Shown here: positions 23,883-30,800 of the stretch, one piece after another
Layout: the number at the start of each line of letters is the position of its first letter
Position numbering within the stretch: the stretch's first letter is position 1
Source: Candidatus Omnitrophota bacterium
GTDB taxonomy: Bacteria; Omnitrophota; Gorgyraeia; 2-01-FULL-45-10
Length of the DNA stretch: 32,000 nucleotides
NCBI GenBank assembly: GCA_023818895.1
Contig: JAMWCX010000001.1
Location: forward strand, 673,692 to 705,691
Direction of reading: 5' to 3'
Made by a program: the position numbers and the translations under genes
Notes under the pieces: model-generated
The model's database searches: none
What the model saw: only the letters and a program-made list of their open reading frames with translations
Told to the model about the DNA's origin: nothing

Positions 23883-26800
23883 CTATTCCCCCCTCTCCTC
23901 TACTATATTAACGGCATTTGCCGCTATTAAAATAGCGACATCTTTTGACGCGGCAGGATAAAGAGTATTAATAATTGTGGAGCCGGGATTATTTCTGCCA
24001 GGCGTAGTATCGCGCTCGTAGGAATTCGAGCTTGTCAGGCTGCTTTCATCCTGCTTTTGCGGCGCGGGCGGTGCCGGAGGCGCTATAATAATCCAGTTGG
24101 TGTTGTTGCCTCCGTCTATAGAGTTCTGAGCGGTCACGGCTGGCCCCGCGTTATTAGAATTTGAGATATTCACATACGACACACTTGCCGCACCCTGCGG
24201 ATCTATAGTCCACTGGTCGACTCCCGCTCCGCCACTTCTTGAAAGCGTCAGGTAGTTATTGGCCGCTCCTGTAAGCGTAAGGGCGCCTGTCAATGTCTGG
24301 GTTGAACCGGATTGGAAAGAAAGCGTCTTTCCCGCGGTCGTGCACGTCAGGTTATTGAAGTTATTGTCATTACCCGAGATAGTGGATGTGCCGCCGCCGG
24401 CGAAGATGACATTTGAGGTGCCGGCATTGAACGTGCCGTTATTCGTCCAATTTCCGCCTATCGTCCATGTTGAGCCATTCGCGGCGTTTACTATCACCCC
24501 TGCGCCTACCGACAGCGACCCTGCAAGCGTCACGTTACCGCCGAAGCCGGCGGTATTCGCACTAAGTATGTCGAGCGAATTAAGAGCGAGATTTCCTCCT
24601 ACAGCGCCTGTGACAGATATATTCGCGCTTCCTGAATCGAGCGCAAGATTACGGTTTGAACCGGAACTATCGAGGGTGCCGGTAATAGTGATTGCGCCAT
24701 CCGAGCCAGCCGTGTTAGTGTCTATGGTAACGTCCGATGCAAGTTGTGTGTTGCCTGTAAGGGTAACTGTGTTGCCGGCGGCATTAGAAGTCGTTATATT
24801 GCCTGCGAGAGTTATCGTCCCACCGCTCAGGGAAACCGTGTTTATCTCGTCGCCCGAGCCTATAGCGCCTACAGAGACCGCTCCTGCGCCGGCATTGACC
24901 GAAAGGTCTTCGCTTGAGGTGCCGCGCACAGCGCCTAAAGCTACATTGCCTCCGCCCGTAGTTATAGTAAGGTCCGCCCCGTCGCTCAAAGTAGTCGTTC
25001 CGGCATTCATTGTGACAGCGCCGTTATTGGCTCCTGTATTTATGGTAAGGGCATTGCGCACCTGCACAGCTCCGGCTATGTTGACGTTATTTGACGCAAG
25101 GTTGGAGGTCGTGATATTGCCGAACAGGTGCACCTGGCCCCCTGCCAGGCCCACAGTGTGTATCTCATTACCGGAACCAATCTGTCCCGCGTAGATGGTG
25201 CCTGAACCGGCGTTCACCGTAACATTCTCTGACGAGGTGCCTCGCAGTGTCCCAAGAGAGACATTTCCGCCAGCCGTGTTAACTATGAGGTCTGAACCGT
25301 TGGAAAGATGAATCGTGCCCTGAAACAAAATATCGTCACCGCTAGATGTAAAGGTAGTGGCGGCATTACCGCTTATATTCAGGTCGTCGCCTGTCGGGTC
25401 ATACGTCTGCTTGTTTGCGTTATAATTCGTCCCAGCCAGGGTGACCGCCGTTACACCTGTCACGGACGTGTCGCCCGTTACGCCCGCCGCACCCGAGGTG
25501 CCGATGTTCGCAAGCGATATCTCATCGCCTGTTGCGGTGAAAGATGAAAGCGCGCTTGAGCTTCCTATAGCGCCTGTGACGGTAATATCGGCGCTTCCTG
25601 AGGTAAGCGTAAGATTACGCGCGCTTCCACCTGAGGAGTCTATCTTGCCGTCAATCGCTATGGAACCGTCGGCGCCTGCGGTGTCGGTATCTATGGTAAG
25701 ATCGTTTTCCACCTTTACAGTACCCTCTAGCGTCACGGTGTTGCCAACAGCGTTAGAAGTGGTAATATTGCCATAGAGATGTATCTCGGTGGCCTCTATC
25801 TCCACCGTATTTATTTCGTCTCCCGCGCCTATAGTGCCCACAAAAACGTTTCCCCCCGCATTCACGGCAAGGTCTCTGTGGGAACCTGCGCCGCGGATGG
25901 TGCCAAGCGATATATCCCCATCCGAGGCGCTGGTATCTATGGTAATATCTCCCTCCAGATATACGGTGCCGCTCGCGTTAAAGGTGGATCCGGCAGCAGA
26001 TCCTGTTATGATATTGTTATAAAGATGTGCCTCCGCGCCAGCAAGACTCACTGCATTTATATTATCACCTAAAGCGGTACCGATAGACCCTATAAAGATA
26101 TTACCGGTGCCGGCATTCACTGTAAGGTCTTTGGCTCCTGTGCCGTGCACATCCCCAAGACCGATGGTGCCGTTTGATGCCCTAACGACAAGATTTGCGC
26201 CATTATTGAGTGTTATGGTGCTGCCCCAGTTTGCTAGCTCGATAGAGCCGCCAGTAAAAACGTTCTCGATGATAATGTCATCGGCGGCGGCATTTGAGGG
26301 ATCTATGATGATAGGAACCGAATGGTTCACAATGTTGCCGCCATCAACGGTAAGATTGGCTCTGAATGTCATAGAAGTACCGCCCCAATCCGTTACGGTG
26401 CAGGAATTGATGTAGAAATCGCTATCCACTACGGTGGTAAGCCTGCCCGAACCCTGTGCGGCATTGAAGATGACATCGTCATCGGCTCCCGGCGTAACAC
26501 CGGTAGACCAGTTGGTGCCAACAGACCACAGATCAGAAGTCGTGCCCCACCAGTAGACGGTAGGATCCCAGTTAAAGTTATTGCCGCGTCCCGACGAATT
26601 AGTCATAACTATTTTTTTATCGCTTAAATTGTATGAATCTTTGACCCACACATATTCAAGATCACGGATTCCGCGTGGATCGATAAACCATTGTCTTCCG
26701 TCTTCGGCAGAAACAAGTTTTACGAGTTCCGCGTAAGCACCTTTCACTTTCAGGTTGCCGAGAACGGTAAATATCTTGCCAGGCTCAAAATATATTTCTC

Positions 26801-27767
26801 TTCCAGGGACGATACATTCAAAATCAAGAACAGTCACATCCCCGTAAAAATTATAAGAGCCTGCGCCGTTAAGCACCGTCTTTGGCGCGTCATACTCCGA
26901 CTTACGCACCCTCACAGCTGCAGAAAGCGATATCTCGCCATTTGAGTGTACTTTTAGTTCATCAGCTGAGATATTTCCGCTGAGGTTAATAGCCTTTGTG
27001 AAAATGCCGGTAATGCTCTGGGCGTCGAGAGTAACGATGCCGCCTTCGGCGTTCAGCAAACCGGTGTTCTTAATAGCCTCCGTGATCGGGCGACCCTGAA
27101 AATCATAAACAGTACCTGCCGCCTTCTCTTCTATCGCCACTGAGACAAGTCCATTATTTGAAATGTCAAGCCTGATGGCGTCACCGGAAGCAAGGTGTAT
27201 CCTGCCTATAGGAGCCGTTATTGTGCCTGAATTTTCTATTGCGCCCGATATAAGGACACCGAAGCCGCCATTCGAAATATTTATTGTGCCAGCATTTACA
27301 AGAAGCGAGTCGAGTTCCTGGGCGCTTACCTTACGAAAAACGAACTTACTATCCAGAAAATCCCGGCTATTTATGTCGCGAGTGGAAAGAACGACCGAAC
27401 CTGCGTTTAGACTCGCAGTGGGAGCCACATAAATGCCGGCTGGGTTTATGAGGATGAAAAGCCCATTACACTGCAGCATGCCGGCAAGATTGCTAAAATT
27501 CCCACCGACATCCCTGTTTAATATCGAACTTGAGGCGCCGGGCAAGGTGATAATAACGGACTCACCGGTCCCTATATTAAAAGACGAGTAGTTAATGATC
27601 GCCTTGTCAGAGGCATTTATAGTCATAGTGCCTCCGCTGACCTCTATGATGGCGGAACCTTCTTCAACAGCTGGATCGGTGGGAAGCGAATAAACCGTTT
27701 GGCCAAGCAATGTCATAATGGTAATCGCTGTTGTGAGGATTTTTTGTGAAAGCGATAACTTATTCAT
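23883..27767 (-). CDS. Giant secreted beta-helical protein with N-terminal TPS/haemagglutination-activity domain (TpsA-like exoprotein), ORF B
   Basis: 1294 aa, rich in G/T/N/S/A. It has a signal peptide and a TPS domain (see sub-feature), followed by Trp-motif WWGTTSDLWSVGTNWSTGVTPGADDDVIF. It then has four ~90-105 aa repeat units, two copies of the shared module, a PAPPAP linker and a 58-aa tail. An AAGGA SD lies upstream. Confidence 0.9.
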   Translation of the reverse strand: MNKLSLSQKILTTAITIMTLLGQTVYSLPTDPAVEEGSAIIEVSGGTMTINASDKAIINYSSFNIGTGESVIITLPGASSSILNRDVGGNFSNLAGMLQCNGLFILINPAGIYVAPTASLNAGSVVLSTRDINSRDFLDSKFVFRKVSAQELDSLLVNAGTINISNGGFGVLISGAIENSGTITAPIGRIHLASGDAIRLDISNNGLVSVAIEEKAAGTVYDFQGRPITEAIKNTGLLNAEGGIVTLDAQSITGIFTKAINLSGNISADELKVHSNGEISLSAAVRVRKSEYDAPKTVLNGAGSYNFYGDVTVLDFECIVPGREIYFEPGKIFTVLGNLKVKGAYAELVKLVSAEDGRQWFIDPRGIRDLEYVWVKDSYNLSDKKIVMTNSSGRGNNFNWDPTVYWWGTTSDLWSVGTNWSTGVTPGADDDVIFNAAQGSGRLTTVVDSDFYINSCTVTDWGGTSMTFRANLTVDGGNIVNHSVPIIIDPSNAAADDIIIENVFTGGSIELANWGSTITLNNGANLVVRASNGTIGLGDVHGTGAKDLTVNAGTGNIFIGSIGTALGDNINAVSLAGAEAHLYNNIITGSAAGSTFNASGTVYLEGDITIDTSASDGDISLGTIRGAGSHRDLAVNAGGNVFVGTIGAGDEINTVEIEATEIHLYGNITTSNAVGNTVTLEGTVKVENDLTIDTDTAGADGSIAIDGKIDSSGGSARNLTLTSGSADITVTGAIGSSSALSSFTATGDEISLANIGTSGAAGVTGDTSVTGVTAVTLAGTNYNANKQTYDPTGDDLNISGNAATTFTSSGDDILFQGTIHLSNGSDLIVNTAGGNVSLGTLRGTSSENVTVNAGSGTIYAGQIGSGNEIHTVGLAGGQVHLFGNITTSNLASNNVNIAGAVQVRNALTINTGANNGAVTMNAGTTTLSDGADLTITTGGGNVALGAVRGTSSEDLSVNAGAGAVSVGAIGSGDEINTVSLSGGTITLAGNITTSNAAGNTVTLTGNTQLASDVTIDTNTAGSDGAITITGTLDSSGSNRNLALDSGSANISVTGAVGGNLALNSLDILSANTAGFGGNVTLAGSLSVGAGVIVNAANGSTWTIGGNWTNNGTFNAGTSNVIFAGGGTSTISGNDNNFNNLTCTTAGKTLSFQSGSTQTLTGALTLTGAANNYLTLSRSGGAGVDQWTIDPQGAASVSYVNISNSNNAGPAVTAQNSIDGGNNTNWIIIAPPAPPAPQKQDESSLTSSNSYERDTTPGRNNPGSTIINTLYPAASKDVAILIAANAVNIVEERGE
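24087..24419 (-). repeat. Shared giant-protein module, copy B2 (ORF B aa 1117-1227)
   Basis: SNVIFAGGGTSTISGNDNNFNNLTCTTAGKTLSFQSGSTQTLTGALTLTGAANNYLTLSRSGGAGVDQWTIDPQGAASVSYVNISNSNNAGPAVTAQNSIDGGNNTNW. Confidence 0.75.
24573..26132 (-). repeat. Four diverged ~90-105 aa coding repeat units in ORF B (aa 546-1065)
   Basis: The unit core is (D/N)L(T/A/S)VNAG-x-G-x-(I/V)-x-(I/V)G-x-IG-x-G(D/N)EI(N/H)TV-x-(L/I)-x-(G/A)-x-x-(I/V)-x-L-x-GNITTSN-x-x-(G/S)N-x-V. It starts at about aa 546, 631, 846 and 952. Units 2 and 4 also share the extension TIDT-x-TAG-x-DG-x-I-x-I-x-G-x-(I/L)DSSG...RNL-x-L-x-SGSA-x-I-x-VTGA. The units are diverged at the DNA level. Confidence 0.8.
26562..26870 (-). repeat. Shared giant-protein module, copy B1 (ORF B aa 300-402, most diverged)
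   Basis: NGAGSYNFYGDVTVLDFECIVPGREIYFEPGKIFTVLGNLKVKGAYAELVKLVSAEDGRQWFIDPRGIRDLEYVWVKDSYNLSDKKIVMTNSSGRGNNFNW. Confidence 0.6.
27348..27683 (-). other. TPS (two-partner secretion) / haemagglutination-activity domain of ORF B (aa 29-140)
   Basis: The segment is LPTDPAVEEGSAIIEVSGGTMTINASDKAIINYSSFNIGTGESVIITLPGASSSILNRDVGGNFSNLAGMLQCNGLFILINPAGIYVAPTASLNAGSVVLSTRDINSRDFL. It follows the Haemagg_act consensus position by position (aIInW.sFNIg.GE.v.F.qP...s.iLNRVtGg..S.ilG.L.aNGqvfLiNPNGI...ga.vnvg.lvaST.di). The only notable deviation is NPNGI to NPAGI. Confidence 0.85.
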
Positions 27768-27841
27768 ATATTTTTCCTTAAGTATATCATGAAAAACCGG
27801 TTGTGTTAATATTCAAATTTTTTTGAGCTCTGCGCTAACTA

Positions 27842-30800
27842 CTATCTAACCTCGCCCGTATGAACCGCCTTCTTGCCATCTGTCAAAAGCACCGTCTTAT
27901 CCTCTATGATGCCTTTTTCGTCGTAAGGCGACACGGCAACCTTCCCTTCAAAAACTATTACTGTTGTTTGGTATTTTCCGCGAGGGTAATTCTTATATCT
28001 CTTGCCAACCTCCTCGCGATCCACAAAATCAACGGAAAATGATATTTGGGGTCCTATGGTCATCGGTTTTACAACATCAGGCGTTGGAGGCTGAGGCGGA
28101 TTTATGACGATAGGCGGAATATACGGATCGATCACCACGATCCCTGAATGTGTGGCGCTTATTCCTGTCGCGGGATCCGCAACAGTTAGAGAATATACCC
28201 CCGCCACGCTGAAGACAATCCCTCCGAACTGTCCAGTTCCGTTATTCAAGGCTGCCGAGGCCGGCAGGCTGCCTGAGCCGTTTGAGCTGAAGGCGACCTG
28301 ATCGGCGTAATTTGTCTTCAGGTTCGCATACGGATCGAACGCCGTCACGGTGCACGAAAGGCTAGTTCCCACGACCTGGCCGCTCGTGATGCCGGAGATC
28401 GTGAAGCTCGCAAGGCGCGCCGGCAGAACGAGGATCGGATCAGTGGTCTTTATCACACCGTCATGCTCGACGGTAAGAACGGGCGTCTCGGACGAGTTGA
28501 AGAATGTTATATGGGATGTCTCGAAGACTCCTGTTCTCAGGTCCACAAGCGCAAGCGCGCCGTCGCGTAGGTCATCATCGGCTCCGAGCGTAGGCCTTGT
28601 TCCGTTCGGCGATACTGTAGCACTAGTCGTATAAGTGAATATCTCCCGGTCGGTAAAGTAACTTGCGTCGACATCCTTTATCGTGATGTTACCGAAGATA
28701 TCATAGGCGGAGATTACAATTGTAAAGGGCGTCCCTGCAACCTGATTTTCTATCGCGACCCATCCGAAATGGTGGAGGCCGGCGCATTCAACGGTAATAG
28801 CCGTATCCTCGCCGAACTGGTGGCCGACCGTATCCTCTACCCTTACCGTATGCTCGCCGGCCTTTCTCAATATAAGGGAATTCGCGAATACGTGGATACC
28901 GGCGTCGGAAAGCGAGAACTGATAGTCAGACGGCAGGGTCGCGGAAGTGTCTGTGGCGCTGAATGTTACAATGCCCTGATAGTCGTATTTGAGGTTCTGA
29001 TAAATATCAAACGCGCTTACCTTGGGCGATGCAGCAACTCCCGCCACTATCGGATCCGGGATATCCTCTATTGTAAAGTAGTTTAAGTCTGTCGGCTTGA
29101 CCAGAAGGTCGAGGTCATAGGCTTCATCGCCGAACGAGTTGCGTCTTGAGTCTTCAACGTCAACGCTCACTGTCTCTGCCCTGTAAGCGATAAGCGTAGC
29201 GGCTCCTAAGGCAGGATCAGAGACGCCTTCGGTAAAGTTGATATTGACCCAGCCGCCCACATTGACGCCTTCGACCGTCGGGATGCTTACACCGTCGGGA
29301 GCAATGCCGGGGCCGTAGAACCTCATTTGTTGAGTTCCCGTAAACGAGAGCGCAAGCCCACCGGTGCCGTCGAACGCCCGCACGGTGAGCTCGTTTGTCT
29401 TTCCCGCCTCCATCTCGGATGCGCCTTCGACAGTGAAGTGGTGGACGAGATACCAGCCGGTATTATTTCCTGAGTCGCGCGAGTTATCGTTTATAATTGT
29501 CATGCCGCTTGCGTTTTTGGAGTCTTTTACATCGATATAGCTTACGACAACTGATGAGGCTTCGATCTCCCACTGAACGCCATCTGTGGAGCTCCTTAAG
29601 ATAAGGAGGTTATTTATATCGTCTCCGGTGAGAGTAAGGGTACCGGCAACCGTCTGCCTTTCACCTGAGCCGAAGCGCAGCTCCTTTCCAGCTGCCACGC
29701 ACTCAAGGTCATTGAAGGTGGTCTGGCCGGATATCCTGGAAAGGCCGGTGCCTGTGAATATAACCTTACTTGCCCCTTTGTCGAAGGTGCCTTTATTGTC
29801 CCAATCGCCGGTTATCGTAATGGTATTATCTCCTGCTATTAGGGTACCTTCGTTGAGGAGGCTTCCCTCTATATCTACCTGCCCTGCCGGTAAATAGGTA
29901 AATCCGGCGGGAGTCCAGACTGTCTGATTATCCGCAAAAGTAGCCGTACCTGAGCGTACTTTGAAATGGACATTGGCATCGGCTATCGCCACGTCCGCAA
30001 GATAGGCGTTCGTCATCGCAGTTGTCGACTCACTGCGCAGCGCTATGCGGCCAACGTACATCTCAAGGCCGGTGATATCGGTAACAGAATCAGACGCAAG
30101 CGTAACAAGGTTCGCCTCGTACAGGCCTGAGTTCAGATAAATGAGTATCCTGTGGTCGGCCTCTACGGGAACGCCTTCGAACTTGAAGTTGTAGCTTCCC
30201 TCGTCCGAGGTCAGGATCGAATCAATCCACGTATTCTCGGTGCCGTCGTGGACGTAGATATTCATGACATAACCATCGGCAAGGAATACGCCCGGGCTTA
30301 AATAGATGATACCGGATACATCGACTCCGAATATCCATCTCGGATCTCCCTCGCGACAGTCTGTGTTGCCGCTATTTATCGAGTAGCGGGCGAAGATATT
30401 ATTGCCCGATATAACTTCAGAGTTCCGCACATCGACGAAGAATACCGTCTGGACGTTGTTTGGGTTGGCTATCTTGAAGCGGTCGGCCGGCGTGTCGCCG
30501 GAGCTCGTGCTGCGCAATAATATCTCGTCGCCTTCGGACCACGAAGGATCTCCTAAGGTGAGAGTGCCGTTAATGGTCTGGGTCGAGCCGGACTCGAATA
30601 TCAGGGTCTTGTTCTTTGTCTGGCAGGCGAGGTTGTTAAACATGGTCGAGCCGCGGATCTCGGAGGAGCCTGTGCCGATGAATTCGACGGTCGAGCCGGT
30701 TGTAGTTACCGTCGGCCCGGCGGTGCGAGACCAGTCGCCGGTAAGCTTAATGGTCCTATTGGTGATATTGAGGGCCGCGTCAGCGCTTGATGTCTCAATG

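Noticed and set aside
23883-24086. The idea that ORF B is a CdiA-type contact-dependent inhibition toxin with a C-terminal toxin and a downstream immunity gene.
   Set aside because: There is no VENN or similar pre-toxin motif. The post-linker tail is only 58 aa. Only 70 bp, containing a hairpin, separate the stop from a convergent gene, so there is no space for cdiI.
24259-25194. A 311-aa plus-strand ORF, plus similar ones at 25441-25776, 25789-26022, 26107-26415, 27163-27432, 29586-29897 and 30402-31034, all antisense to the giant genes.
   Set aside because: They are shadow ORFs. They are Pro/Val/Ser/Ala-rich mirror translations of the Gly/Thr/Asn-rich repeats and have no SD. They lie entirely inside much longer, motif-bearing minus-strand ORFs.
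27781-27789. A second TGnTATACT element (minus strand TGATATACT) between ORF A and ORF B, as an internal promoter for ORF B.
   Set aside because: It ends only 14 nt before the ORF B ATG, so a transcript started there would lack the AAGGA SD. Co-transcription with ORF A is more likely. The resemblance to the FecR element is probably chance in AT-rich spacer.
27845-28063. The C-terminal domain of ORF A as a FecR-like domain related to the neighbouring FecR protein (VFEGKVAVSPYDEKG…LLTDGKKAVHTGE versus VRGSVEVKPLKGE…LAEGDFIKTGK).
   Set aside because: The resemblance covers only ~35 residues of a generic beta-hairpin pattern. The domain is too short for a full FecR fold. It is not supportable without a profile search.
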